DNA of 63,912 nt, the filler included, from Hyphochytrium catenoides (taxonomy: Eukaryota; Protista; Hyphochytriomycota): NCBI GenBank assembly GCA_900088475.1. It is 10 parts of 10 records of this genome, joined end to end, with 100 filler letters (N's around TTAATTAATTAA, not from the genome) between each part and the next. Parts side by side here need not be neighbours in the genome. Positions count along the whole stretch, not along the records: positions 27,775 to 47,192 come from FLMG01002605.1; positions 47,293 to 49,452 come from FLMG01000190.1; positions 49,553 to 51,042 come from FLMG01002711.1; positions 51,143 to 52,787 come from FLMG01003946.1; 6 more parts are not named here. The stretch is one strand, 5' to 3'. The notes under the pieces were generated by a model. It was not told where the DNA came from. It ran no database searches and saw only the letters and a list, made by a program, of their open reading frames with translations. A program made the translations under genes and the position numbers. Shown one piece after another: positions 35,815-51,190 of the stretch. How positions within the stretch are numbered: position 1 is the stretch's first letter; each line of letters starts with the position of its first letter.

Positions 35815-38800
35815 GCGTGCCACCGAGCGGAAGAAGCACATTAGCAGACAACAAGGCAGAGGCTACGGAACCAAAATAAGAATCAAAGACAAGGAGCTAT
35901 CGAGTTGCCGAGACAAGCCATCCGATCCTTGGGAATCCGAGAGAGAGACACACACAAAAACAGAGAGAGAGAGAAATACAGAGACAGAGTGAGAGAAAGA
36001 GAGAGAGAGAAAGAGAGAGAGTTAGAGGGCAAGACAAAGAAATTTGTACTTTTTTCTCCTCCTCGAGTTTCGGCAGCTTTGTCTCAATGGTGAGAATAAG
36101 GTTCCTGGCAGCATTTCCTGTCTCCTGCGCCTGTCTCTGCCGATGCTCGATCTGCAGCTTTGACTGCTGCGCGGCGATGACTGTCTGCTTTACTGCCGCC
36201 AGAGCTTTGTTCTCCTCGCGAGAGAGAGACACAGCCTTCTGCCGCTTCTCTTCCCTGTGGAGAGAAAAGAAAGGTAAGAATAAGGAGAGACATGTAACCT
36301 TCATGGAGCGAGAAGAAGACAGCAAATGGAAACTACGACGAGAAAAGACGAGACGACTAGACAGGAAAGCATACAGAGACTTCTTTCCTTGGTGATGGGT
36401 AGACGTTAGGATATACAGCCCAAAACTTGAGGAGGGAAGAGAAAAGAAGAGAAAGAGACAGAGAAAGAGGAGTAGAGGAAGATCAACGTCAGCAATAAAT
36501 AGAGACAGAGAAGGGGAAACATGACGGAGATAAGGAAGAGAGAGAGACAGAGAAAGAAGAGAACGGCGAACGAGGGAAGTGCCACAGGAAACACGCGTTA
36601 CCTGTCTATGAGACTCTTCTGCAGTATAGAGGCCGACCTCAGCTCCATCTCCACCTCGAAGATTCTCCTCTGGCAGAAATATTTCTCGTCTTGATGTTGC
36701 TCCAGCCGTTGAGACAGATCACGACGAAGGTCCTCCAGCATCTCAACCTGGACAAATAGGGAGAGAGACAGGAAGAGTGAGCAGGAGCGAAAGAGAAAGA
36801 GAGAGAAGATAGCGAGGGAGTTTAATAGACAGAAGAAGAAGCAGGTTGATTGAGCTCATCTTGCATGAGGATCTCTCTTTGAACAAGTAGGGAAGGAGAG
36901 AGAGACATGGGGCAGAAGGACCAAACGCCTGCAAGCAAAAAGGAGAAGCGAACCCAAACAAACGATAGGAGCCGTGGGGAGAAGGTTTTGATGCGTAGAC
37001 GGCGTGAAAGAGATAAGAATAGCAGAAAGGAGAGCCCAAGGAGAGAGAAAGTGGCAAAAGAGAAACGTTTAGGGTGAGACGAAAGGACAAAAGACAGAGT
37101 TCTAGAGAGCAGGGAACGAAGACGGGAAGCAGAAGCCGCTAACCTCGGAGACGCTCTCCGCCTCTGCTTTTCTCAGTCCCTCTCTTCTGCTCTTCAACCT
37201 GGCCAACTGCCTCCCATACTTGCTCCTAACCTCGTCTATCTGTGTCTCGTAAACATCGATCTCTGCCTGATATCCCTTTCTCTCTGCCTCTTTCTCTCTC
37301 AGTCTCCTCTCCAGCTCCCGTATCTCTTCTTCCACTTCGTCTCGCTTCGAGACTAGAGCGTCTCTCTCCTCGATCACGTCCTTGCACTGAATTCAGAGGA
37401 AGCGTTAGCATCTGGGCAAGAAGGACCACGAAGTGGGAGAAGAGAAAGCACAGGGATGCGGAAGAGGGGAAAGCAGAGAAAGAAACGTCGCCAAAAATGA
37501 AATGCACGCACATGAAAGCTCAGAGAGATAAATTAAGGAGAGATCAGTACGACGAGTGTTTCCAGGAGAAGCGAGGATAAGCAAGCAAAGACTTAGAAAG
37601 AGAGGGAGCAGACCAAGAGACGCGGAAAAGACGGAGAGAGATGAAGGAATGTGTGGAGAAGAGAGAGAGAGAAGAAGAGAGAGACAGTGGCAGTGTGTGA
37701 ACCTGGTCCTTTATCGCGTCATCGATGGACGCTTGTTCCTCATCCAGATGCTTTTTGTCCAGCTCGACGTGCTTGACCATCAGCTGGATACGTTCCTCCT
37801 CTGCATTGATGCGACTCCTCTCCGCCTTCTCGTAGGTAGAAATCTAACGATAGCAGAGATTACAAGACCAAAGAGAGAGAGTTTATATGTGTGCGTGAAA
37901 GAGAAAGAGAAAGAGAGAGTGAAAGAGAGAGAGAGAAAGAGAGAGAGAGGGAGAGGGAGAGGGAGAGAGAGAGAGAGAAACGAGAGGAAGAAAAGAGAGA
38001 GAGAGTGTGTGTTCATGTAGAGTCACGAACACTGGTATTTAGGTATTTATCTATCCACCTCCGTTCATCAGCTTTTTTTCTCTTCGATCCAATGGACTCT
38101 AGTCTCACTTCCTCTCTCTCTGGAATCTCTCCCTTCTCTCTGTTTGTTCCTCGGCCTCCCTTTCACCTCTTTCATCTTTTAACACGAACAACTTTGTTTG
38201 ACTCTTCTCCTGCTCAGACTCACCTCTTCTTCACTGGCCTTCAACTCCTCTTCCTGCTCATCTCTGAACTGTTTTAGCTTCTCGACCGTGAGAGAAGTGC
38301 CATCCAGTTGCTGTTTGAATGCTTTCACTTTCTCTTCTTCGATCTTCTCTGCATCTTCGTCACATCTTCGAAGCTCTGTCTCTGTCAGCGTTATTCGGTT
38401 CTTTAGAGAGTTGATGGAAAGATTGAGAGACTCTGCAAGCTCAAAGTCTTCATTGACTGAAGCAGCTTCTTGTTCTTTCTCTTTCTCAACAATATCGGCT
38501 CGCGTAGCCACAAGCTGCTGCTCCAGCATGGCTGAGAAGGAAGGGAGGAGTGAGGACAGACCAAGGGATAACGAGACGAGAAGAGAGAGAGAGAAAGATT
38601 GAAAACAAGAGAGAGAGACAGCCAGTTCAGGCGGATGTCATGACCGCAGTCAAGATGATGAAAATGAGAAGGACTAAGGACATTGTGCGAAGCAGAGTGT
38701 GCCGAAGAACGATGGCGAGGATCAAAGAAGCATCTTATCGAAATGACCAGCGAAGTGAGGAGAGAGGCGCACAGAGAGAAGAGGAAGCTTAGCAAGTCAG

Positions 38801-41800
38801 CATCACGAAGGGCCAACAGCCAGCTAAACAGGGGCAAAGAGGAAAGCACAGACGCATCGAAGCTTAGGAAGAGAGAAAGGAGAGAAGACGACCTACCTCT
38901 TCGGATTGCGACACTAGCTTCCTCTGAAATTAGCTGGTCCATTCGACCACGAAATGATGCGGCTGACATATGGAACTCTCCAATCGTCTGTGAGTGGCAG
39001 TGGAAGGGGAGACAAAAAAAGGTGTAAGAAGAAGAGAGGAGGAGAGAGTGCCTGACAACCCAAGCGCTCTTCCAAAAAGAGATGGCAAGGGTTCAATTCA
39101 AAAGGAAGCTCAAGTGCTGTCTCTCTCTAAAGATAAGGAGTCGAGGCAGGAGATGCGGCAGCGAGGTAGTGAGGAAATGATAGGAAGACAGATATTGTTG
39201 AAATGAAGAGAAAGAGAAGACAGGAATGGAAGAGGGAGAGAGAGGGCAGGAAAAAGAGTGGGAGGTAGAGAGAGGACATCAAGAAGCTGCAGCCCAAATA
39301 GTTATCACGCTTACCCTGGATAGCCTTGAATCTGGTCCATTATCCTGGGGAAGGGGAGACTCNNNNNNNNNNNNNNNNNNNNNNNNNNNNNNNNNNNNNN
39401 NNNNNNNNNNNNNNNNNNNNNNNNNNNNNNNNNNNNNNNNNNNNNNNNNNNNNNNNNNNNNNNNNNNNNNNNNNNNNNTAGGTCTGAGGTCATCGACATA
39501 CTGCCAGGGTTGGATACGCAAGTGAGTCACAAACAGGGGGAAGGAAGAAGTCAGAATAAAGGACAAAATGCTTAGAGAGCCGGTGTCTTATGTTAGAAAG
39601 GGTGGAATGTGTCTGCGAGAGTGAGAGAAAGAAAGGAGAGAAGAGGGAGAGAAAGGAGGTCGCTAGTGGAAGAGGATGATCGGTACCACAGCAACAAGCG
39701 AAAGAGTGCAAGTGGATGAGAAAGAGAGGCGATGCCTCAAAGAGAAAAGATTTACAGACCTCGTAGCAGGGGCGGCAGGAGTAGAAGCAGGAGGAGCTGC
39801 GGCAGGTGCAGTATGGACGGTAAGGCCCGAGAGAAGGCCGCCTGGAGTCTCTCTCACTGCCTGAGAGTGAAGCGTCAGTCCTGCCAGCACAGAGCCTCCG
39901 GTCCTTGCGCCTGTAGAGGAGAGAGACGGAGCTGTAGTAGAGGAAGAAGGAGGTCCATAGTGTCCCTTCGAGGCTGAAGGCAATAGTTCTTCCTCATCCA
40001 ACTCTCCTTGTTGCAGCTTTGCAGCCTAGAGAGATAAAGACAGCAGCGGTCACGCAAGCACCCAAGTAGAAAGGAGGAAGAGGAAGAGAAGTGGAAATTG
40101 TTCGTTAGTCAGATCGAAGAAAGAAAAAGCGCGAGAGAGAGAGAGAAAGAGAGACAAAAAGAAGACGAAGCAATACTGATAAAGAATGCAAGCGAGAGGA
40201 ACGATTGCTGCGGGAGGCGAGAGGACTCGCTATGATCAAATGTCGAGAGACAGAGAAGGACTAGCTAGGAGAGGCAGAAAGAGAGAGGCTAGGGCATTAT
40301 TAGACCAAGGAGCGGAATCTAAATAAAGGAAAGGAAAGCGCGTTGGCTCGGCGACGAAGGTAGCTCTTGTTCTGTCATAACTTTGAAAACAAATATTGCG
40401 GGGAGCCTTTGAAGAGAAAGAAGAGTGAAGAGAGAGAGAGAAGAGAGATGACAGTGACCAGTTTACATATGCTCCTCTCCTCAGACATTCGGCTTACCGT
40501 TTCTTCACTAAGTTGCCTGCCAAATCCAGGCTTAACGCCTCGCCTTTTCCTTCTCACACCTGCAGCTCTCAGTCCGGCATCTCCGCCTTCTCTTCCTACT
40601 CTTCCACCGGCTGGAGACCCACCAAAGCTCGGTCCATGGCTCCCGCCCACGACTGAGCTCGGAGGGGAAGGAGCAGTGCTGACATCATGAGAAGAGAGGG
40701 GAAGAGAAGCGGGGAGAGAGGAAGAAGCAGGAGCAACATGAGGTGGAGGCTCCACTCGGAGAGACATTCCGCCGAAAAGATTCCCGCCTCCAGCAGGCTG
40801 GGCAGTGGGAGGAGGAGTGGGACCTTGAGAGAGAGAAGAACCGGCGGATGCAGGAGGAGTCGGGTCTGCTGCTCTCAATGACATGCCGCCGAACAGGTCC
40901 CCGCCGCCTCCACCAGAAGTAAAGCTTGAGAGCGATTGAGCTGCAGGCGATAACAGAAGAAGGGATCACAGTGAGAAACAACCAACGGAGGGAGAGACGG
41001 GGAGATGAGCCATTTAGTGAGATCACCAAGCCTCGAAAAGGGTGAGAGAAGCAGAGAGAGAGAGAAAGAGAGAGAGAGAGACGGACAAAGGCAAAGGGAC
41101 GGAGCCTAGAGCGACAGGTTCCTAAAGTCAAAGAGGAGGATAAAGAAAATCAAAGACAAAGAGGAGGAGGAGGAGAGAGAGAGCGGGGGGAGAGAGACAG
41201 AGACAGAGAGAGACAGGGGGAAGGAGAGAGGGGAATGGGAGAGATTTGGACAGAGAGAGCAGCACGCATTACTGGGGAACAGCATGTCTGATAGAGTGCG
41301 TAAGCGGCCCTAGTAGCGGGACAGGAATAACGAGAGAGTGACGAGGAAAGATGAGAGAACAGAACGTAAGCCAAAACTCTAGAAGGGAGAGAGAAGCGGC
41401 AGTTCCTTACGTGGCGGGTGAGAGGCTTCAGGCATCGATCGCCTCTGAATGGAGGCGGTGCCGGCTCCCCAAGAGGACTGTGGAGCCGAAGCCACTGCAC
41501 GAAGAAGGTGATAACGATATTATGCGAAAAAAGAGTACGAGGCAGAGGGAGGACGAGAGAGAAAGATAAGGCGAAGAGTCCAAATGATTAGTCTTTCACA
41601 AGGTAACCGAGAGAGAGAAGCCTTAGATGGGTAAAACGCCACTTTTGGAAAGAGGAGGCGCGAGAGAGAGAGAGAGAGAGTGAGAGAGAGAAAGAGTGTG
41701 AGAGAGAGATTAGCAAGGAGAGGCGTTTCTAAGGGTAGCGAGGCCGTGAGCGGATGTGGCAGTTATTCAGAGAGAGAGAGTGAGGAGAAGAAAGAGGAGG

Positions 41801-42152
41801 AAAAAAGAAGAGAAACCGCGAGCGAAGAGAGATTGAACACTGTCTTGCCACCTGTAGGTGCTGAACTTCGCTTTGGGGCGCCATATCCGCCTGCTGGGGA
41901 CCCTCCTGAAGAGGATTGACCGCCTCCTGCACCTCCTGAGACTAGCGCCGGGGAGAGATTGAAGAAGCCTCCTCCTCCGCCAGCTCCACCTCCACTACCT
42001 GCGCCACCCTCTGCCTTGGCTGCAGCTCCATTAGAGACTGAACTGACTGAGGAGGCTGCGGATGAGATCTGGGAAGAGGAGATGCCCACGGGAGCCGGAG
42101 GCTTGGACTGAGTTGACGCATTGTCTTTCTTCTTCTTGAAGAAATAGTTCAT
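31253..42152 (-). CDS. Large multi-exon coiled-coil protein with three UVR (UvrB/C)-like motifs and repeated LFGG[ML]SL motifs
   Basis: ATG at 42152 (MNYFFKKKK). UVR-like segments: EQEAASVNEDFELAESLNLSINSLK, KIAAGAKNYKEAARLSKELKTL, MEQAAEVEDYDTAAELEAEVDELR. Long E/K/R heptad exons at 34000-38530. Last exon ends ...RRSSVDHSEL* at 31253. Not every internal junction was verified, and N gaps fall inside the gene. Confidence 0.75.
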
Positions 42153-44050
42153 CCTTTTCTTTCTAAAAGTGATCGGCACTGAGACCCCCCAGAGAAAAAG
42201 ACAGGGAGGATATTCACTCAGGGACGGAGTGAGTGACGGGAAAGCAAAGCAAGAGACAGAGAGTGAGCGGCCTCCTCCTTACCCTCCTCAGCAGCAAGGG
42301 CTGAGCTGGCAGGCAGGAGAGAGGAGGAGGACGAGGAGCAAAGGTCCCGCACAGTCGAGGCAAGCTGTGGATCAACTTTAGATGCTGCCTTCTGCAGTCT
42401 TCAGGCAGCAACTCTACAATGAGCTTCTAACTCTATAGCAAGTCATCCGATGGAGACGAACAATAATGTGGGACAAGAGAGAGAAAGAGAGAGAGAGAGA
42501 GAGNNNNNNNNNNNNNNNNNNNNNNNNNNNNNNNNNNNNNNNNNNNNGAGAGAGAGAAAAGGAGAGAGAGAGAGAGAGGTGCTTGATCCGTGATGTGCTG
42601 TGGAGGTGCAATAGACATTTGCATTGAGAAATCATATTGCTTCATCTGAGACCACTCCACGAGACAGACCTTGGAGAATTTGAGATGGAGACCTTGAATG
42701 AATGTCAGCCAAGAGACAGAGTGGTGAGAGGCAGAGGCGAGAGATGAGATCCATCTCTATGTCTCCAAGCCTGGCTCCTGGGGGAGGCCAGCGCGATCCG
42801 CTCCAAGGGGTCGGCTCAATAGTAGATTGTCTCCTTTTGTAAAAGGGCCATTATTATAATGAGGCGTTTAGTTGTCGTTGAGGTCCCGGTTCAGAGGTTA
42901 TCTATAGAAATGGTGTCCGCCCGGTCCTGACAGTGCCTGACAGAGCTCAAGCTGCAGATCTGCGGATGAAGCTCTCAGAGAGACTTCTGAAGCTTGTCCT
43001 TCGATCTCAATCGGTGCTAGCCATCGCCAGACCATAGAGCTAACCTTAAGCAGCCGTCTTCAAGTGCCTAGAGGCAGACGGATGTGTAAAGCAGGTGGTT
43101 CAAATGACTCTCTGCTTTCGAGAAATAATGCGTCGTGCATGGGGGTAAAATGTAGGCTCTCCTAGCAAGAACCAGCCCACAGGAGGGGGTCGCACATAGA
43201 CGCCTTTCTCTATCGTGATACCGCCATACGCCACTTGAGCCTAAAAGGTGAGAAGCAGTGAGAGTTATATGGAAAGAATAGCTTGAGGACCTTGAGTGCA
43301 TCTGGTGCTACAGCTGATAGTCAGCATACGACCAAGCATCAGCGGATGATGGGCTTCAAGCTCAATCTTCTGGTTGCCGTAAGGCGAAGCCGTCATCGCC
43401 GATCACGTTCTAACCTCACATGCCCATTCAGCTCGACCATTACCTGTTCCTTGTGCTACTTAGCGATCTTAAAGCTCCCAAAGCTTGATCCTCTAGAACG
43501 TCCAGCACTAGCCCTTGGGCTTCTCTCTACAGAGCTAGTTCCTATGTGACAGATAGACCAGCTTTCCCAGAGGCAAGCAAGATACAGGGAAGATCACACT
43601 TTCATTTATTCATTGGTGGCGGAAGGAGAAAGGAACGAGGCTGGGATGACTCTTCTGACTGTTAGTCCGATGGGGAAAAATAGCTTCCTGTCTAGATAGG
43701 GCTGTGAGCGAGAGACGGAAAGAAGGAATCTTAGAAAAGGGAAATAGCTGATCCCAGGCTCTGAACTGACAGGGATTCTTCCAAGCCAGAGACGCAAAAG
43801 AAAGAGTAATCAGCCACTTTTTAGCAGTCCAGTCCTTGACTTCTCCCTCCATCTAGCCTTACGCTGTGTCTTTTTGAGAGTAAACTGCCATAAATAACAT
43901 TAGTGATGCTTTCAGGCAGAGTTTGCCATTCACTCTAGCCCGCTCGGTTCTTGTTGCGCCGAAGTTGAGGTTACTCTTCTTGCAAAAATGTTGCTTGTGC
44001 ACTTGCTGTGTCTTCTCTGGTCTACTCTTTCCTCATCGTCTCTCTTTCTT

Positions 44051-45958
<1,908 letters not shown>

Positions 45959-48915
45959 CTAGAGACCGCAGGTGATGGAGGCAAGACAGAAAGACACAAA
46001 ATTGAAGAAAGCTCGGACACCGCGGGATAAAAAATATGCGGTAGATGGCTTTGAACTCAGTAAGAGAGGAACAGATAGGCTCTGATGTCTCTAGGTCCGT
46101 ACATATCAAGCAGGAGGGCGGCTCTCTTCTGTGCGTCAGCGCGTTCAGCGGTGCAAAGACTGGCCCTCCATGGGGCTCAAAAAGGGAAGAACAACTGCAG
46201 TTGGCTATATAAGAGGCTCTCTAGAAGGCCAGCTGCAAATCTTTCTACCACGTACAGTCGAAGTGATTCGTGGGCCCTTCCCTTAGAGCAGTACTCCGAG
46301 GAGATAAATGAGGCATCCAAGCGTCGTGTGCCCTCTCTTCTTCTCCTATCTATATCCAGATCTGTGCCTATATAGGTTGTCCTGCTGCTTGTCCTCTCAT
46401 CTCTCTAGCGCCTCGAGTGCATGGACGTCAAGATCTTCAGAAATCCGTTCCAGACGTCTGCATCTCTCCTTTCCCCAAACACTGCCGTGGGAAAACGGCA
46501 AGGTCAAGGGGGAGGACTGGCCTTACTCTTTCACTACATTTTACACTGGAAATCTTCTGTTAATTGCTATTCTTGCCAATATAAGACAAATGGTCAAGGG
46601 GGATGACTGACACATCCTCAGATTTCAAGCAGTTATAATTGACAGCGAAGTTCCAAGTTTATTGATTGCCAATATCTCTATATTTTGCCTGTGAAATATC
46701 CTTTCACGAACCATCGCCTGATGGGAACTGGGAGTCAAGCGCTCAGCGGCGGCGTCTGAGGGCAGGGCAGGGCAGGGATGGGAAGGAAGAGGTCGGGCTC
46801 CTGGGCAGCGGCGAGGGACAGTGAAGACCGAGAAGAGAGACAGAAGAGACAGAAAGAAAGAGAGAGATCACAAGGTCAAGCAGCCACGAGAGAGAGGGAA
46901 AAGGAGAGGGAAGGAGAGGGAGAGAGAGAGCGAAGTTGAAGAGGGCGATCGGGGATCGTTAAGATCACGACGACTGCGGAGCTTGGGACCGAGACGGTGA
47001 CGGACAGCAAGCAGAAGAGGAGTGGAAAGCACTGAGAGAGTGTACCTGTAGGAGAGGAAGTTAGGGGAAGAAGAGAGAAGGAGAGACGCTTCTGAAGGGT
47101 TTGCGGGGATGCAGGAAAGTCATCAGGAGACGGCAGCCGTGGAGTCCGGAGGCAGCGGCGCCGCACCGCAGAAAGTCAATGATCGACTCAAGNNNNNNNN
47201 NNNNNNNNNNNNNNNNNNNNNNNNNNNNNNNNNNNNTTAATTAATTAANNNNNNNNNNNNNNNNNNNNNNNNNNNNNNNNNNNNNNNNNNNNCTCCTCGC
47301 TGCCAGACTGTCTTTGCCCTTTCTTGCTCTGGCTCTCGTACTCCTCCGTAGTCAGTCCTCCACCGCTTCATACCATATCTGTCTCTGATGCTGGTTCTGA
47401 CCTTCCCATCTCCGGTACCCCGTGATTCATTTCTTCGCCTGTCATAGAAGCAGCAGCAGCAAGCGCCCATCATCCTCACGTCTTGATCAATCTCTTGGGT
47501 CCAGGATCTCAAGTCGGTGGGTGGGAGATAAGAGTTGTTACATCAACCAACTTCCTTAACCGTTTCTACAGAAGACTGGTAGCTGTGCGGAGTGGGTGGG
47601 ATGTCTAGTTGATGATCCGTTACAAACCTGCTCGCATCAGAAATAAGATGTGCTCCTCCTCCACTTCCCAGCAGCAGTGCAGTGCAGTAGTAGTTCTATT
47701 CATTGTTCTCTCTTCTTCCGCTCTCTTCGCTGCCTCTCGTTCTGGCCTCAACACTCCTTCTTCTTCCTCTCATGTCTCTCTTTCTCTCAAATGTTTTCTT
47801 GATGGTCTTGAATAACCTCGTCCTTGCCGTCCACCCCTGAAACTCCATCTCTTCTTCGGGGGTTGTTGGGATTGTTGTTGTGTTCTTTGTGCTGAGTTCT
47901 TGTTGATTCTGATCTTCATTCTCGGTCTGGCTTCATCTGTCCTCGCCGCATAAGATCAGTCAGCTTAAAGCTGCCTTTGTCTAATAAGTCAGGTTTTCAG
48001 CAGACTAATGGTCGGTCCTGGTTGTTCCTAGTAGCTACGACGCCGCCGTCATTATTAGAGGCTTGAGAAGCTTCACCACTAGTGTTATACTTTTAGAACG
48101 AACTGGAATGATGATGATTTAGGAGTCTGCTTGGCCATTATATCTTCCCGATCTAGAACTGAAAGTATGTACGTCGTCCACGAGTGCCGCCCACTCTATA
48201 CAATATTCCGTGTGAGAACAAGAAGCCGCCAACGAAGGGAGGGACGAGCACGTAGTATTACTGTGAGGCTGCGCTTTGTCGTTATAATAGCGGCAGATGT
48301 GAAAGTAAACCTGCAGATCCGACAAACAGAAAATGGGACAACCCTATTACCACTCTTGACTCTTTTAGAGTTGCATCCCCCTAATAGCAAAAATAATAAC
48401 GTAGTAGTAAGTACTCCTAGTTGTTTTAATGGAGAACTCCATTTGGCGAAAAGCCACGCCGCGGGCTGCTGAGCTAAACAAGAGCCCCAGCACTAGCAAC
48501 AAGACAGACATCACTATAGCTTGCTCCTACAACTTTCTTGCGCGCCCGACAATGATGAGAAGGAGTCTAGGAGGAGTGAGGACGGCAGCAGGCAGTTATA
48601 ATTACTACTAGTAGCAGTAGTGCTCATTGTATTTTAGTCCTCCGCCATCCCAATTTATTATGGCCCCCGCGGGACTACTGGCGCTGCTGCTGCTGAAAGA
48701 ACGGGTCCTTCTGCAACAAATCCTTGCATTAACCGAGAACCATCCTCAATAATGATGGTAGCAGTAGCAGCACCAGCAGAAGAAGAAATTGACAACCAGG
48801 CATGGTGATGCTAAGAAGGAATGCGATGAAGTTGATCAAAAAAGGCACCAAATCCTTGATGTTTTTCTGTTGGGCGTAAACAAGGGGTTAGCGGTTCTTC
48901 TTTCAGAAAGGTTTG

Positions 48916-48920
48916 AAAAA
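48916..48920 (-). terminator. RNA polymerase III terminator (T5) of the tRNA-Arg gene
   Basis: TTTTT begins 5 nt downstream of the discriminator base on the minus strand. Confidence 0.7.
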
Positions 48921-48924
48921 GATT

Positions 48925-48997
48925 CGTCCACGGTGAGACTCGAACTCACAACCTTCTGATTAGAAGTCAGACGCGCTATCCATTGCGCCACGCGGAC
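48925..48997 (-). tRNA. tRNA-Arg (anticodon UCU), intronless
   Basis: GTCCGCGTGGCGCAATGGATAGCGCGTCTGACTTCTAATCAGAAGGTTGTGAGTTCGAGTCTCACCGTGGACG, 73 nt. Acceptor stem GTCCGCG/CGTGGAC, anticodon arm TCTGA-CTTCTAA-TCAGA, T-loop GTTCGAG, no encoded CCA. Confidence 0.96.
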
Positions 48998-50104
48998 CGG
49001 TTGATATCTTCGCAAGGTGGAACACTCAATCATGAGGTCTAAACTCTGAACATCCTGCATGCCGTTGAAACTCAAAAGGACGTGGGACTGTGAGAGTGAG
49101 ACGGTTCGAGAAAGATCAGGAGATTGGCAGATCTTGGGCTTGGGAACTCTCAAACAAGTGCAGGTGCCGTGCGATGCGAAGGATCCCGATGCTTTATGCA
49201 AATGCCCATGCCAATACGTACCTGTGCTATCGCCTTTGTAGGCTCCCTGAAGCTTTGAAGTTCTTGTTGGGTGCAGAGGATTATATTGGACTAGATGTGT
49301 GTCTGTGTATTCTTAGCTACTAGAGGTCACCACTGGCAACGTACGACTCCCAGGTGGTGATTTCAAAGCTCGTCGGCGTAGCTTGAGATTTTTCCTTGTC
49401 GCATGAAGGACGCTATCCTGTCCCTAAATGGCAAGGAATTTCTTAACTTTACNNNNNNNNNNNNNNNNNNNNNNNNNNNNNNNNNNNNNNNNNNNNTTAA
49501 TTAATTAANNNNNNNNNNNNNNNNNNNNNNNNNNNNNNNNNNNNNNNNNNNNGAGAGAGAGAGAGTAGAGAGAGAGAGAGTAGAGAGAGAGAGAGTAGAG
49601 AGAGAGAGAGTAGAGAGAGAGAGAGAGAAAGAAAGAGAGAGAAAGAAAGAGAGAGAGAGAGAGAGTAGAGAGAGAGAGAAAGAGAGAGAGAGGGAGAGAG
49701 AGAAAGAGAAGACAGGTACCCTAAAGGCCGTTAGCGGCTGTAGTGAGGTGTCCTCACTACTCTAGCCGATCAGCAGCGATGGACCAACAATAATAAGACC
49801 ATCAGAACAGGGTTTTTGTCCTGATGAGTGATGAGAGGCAGCAGAAGGGAAGGAGGAGCCAGGAAAGGAGTGGAAGAGCATCAGAGACAGACTGGCGAAC
49901 CCCAGCCAAGTAGCAGCAAGCGACAGCAAGAGAAGAGAGAGACAGACAGACAGCAAAATATTGGAGGGAGCGGGAGAGAGAGTGATCAATCGAGGAAAAG
50001 CACGGGGAGAGCAGGGGTACCGTCGGCAAGCGAACCAGCCCAGTGTAAGGCAACCACTGTCTCTGCCATACCTTCGCCCTCTCTAGCACAGCAGTGCAAC
50101 AGGC

Positions 50105-51030
50105 ATGATGGATCCTGAAGGCAAGGCAAGCGTCCCCTCTGGCGCTCCTACGCCTTCGTCTCCGTCCTGCTCGGCGCCAGTAAGTGTACTCCTAGGAGAG
50201 CAGCCAGGGCAAGAACCCGACCAGGACGCCGAAAGCTCCCAGGAGAAGAGAGAGGAGCAAGCCATGAAGCGAGCAAAGCTTCCCGATGGCAGCGATGCCA
50301 TTACAGCGCCTCCCCTTCTAGGACAAGAGAAAAAAGAAGATGCAGAGACGTCAGTGAGGAAAAGAGAGGGAGAAGAGACAGATGGCCACCCTCGCCGGCG
50401 GAAAGCTAACGGTCGAGCGCAAGGGCAACGGAAGCGAGAACTGAACAATTTCGAAGAGACAAGCTATGAGATCAAAGACGGTAGGTCTCTGAGGTGCTGC
50501 TAGCTTAACGGACGGCTGCTGCAGGTTATCTCTCGCGCTTCTGCCCACCTCGCGATCCGTCTCGGTGATTGATGTTGCTTGCATGTCTCTCCGTCTGCCC
50601 TCACGCTCTCTCTTGTCTGTTCTCCATACCTTGCTTACTTGCGGGCTCGACCCAAACTCTGCCTCTCTCACCCCCTCTCTCTCTCTCACACACACACAAC
50701 TTCAACCTCAACCTCCCTTTCCCTCTTATTCTGTCTCTTTTCCTCTCTCTCTCTCTCCGTTTCTCTCTTTTCTCCCTCTATTCTCTCACTGTCTCACGCC
50801 CTCAGCCTCAAGTCTCTATTATAGGACGTCTCATAACCCCCTCTCTCTGGATCCCTCATCCTCGCTTCCTTCCTCTTCTTCTGGCTCCTGTGGCTTGCCC
50901 TACGTTAGGGATGCGGCACGTTGTTCCTTACACGTATACATTCCAGTCTCATGCGAAGGAGCGATGGTTCCACAAGTCTGTGCTTGACATCTTCGTTGAT
51001 GAGTTTGGAGGCTATAGCAAGCGTTACTAT
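50105..51030 (+). CDS. RluA-family pseudouridine synthase (RPUSD2/Pus9-like), 5' fragment
   Basis: Exons 50105-50480 and 50909-51030 join in phase 1: ...YEIKDGMRHVVPYTYTFQSHAKERWFHKSVLDIFVDEFGGYSKRYY, the typical N-terminal block of this subfamily. The catalytic domain lies beyond the contig end. Confidence 0.8.
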
Positions 51031-51151
51031 GTACGTGACCTGNNNNNNNNNNNNNNNNNNNNNNNNNNNNNNNNNNNNNNNNNNNNTTAATTAATTAANN
51101 NNNNNNNNNNNNNNNNNNNNNNNNNNNNNNNNNNNNNNNNNNGAAAGAGGG

Positions 51152-51190
<39 letters not shown>

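Noticed and set aside
42560-44000. Complex, microsatellite-poor stretch between the UVR gene and the phosphatase
   Set aside because: Only short ORFs without motifs and trivial palindromes; compatible with UTR or promoter sequence.
47293-48830. Possible degenerate retroelement next to the tRNA
   Set aside because: No recognisable gag, RT, integrase, LTR or primer-binding motif.
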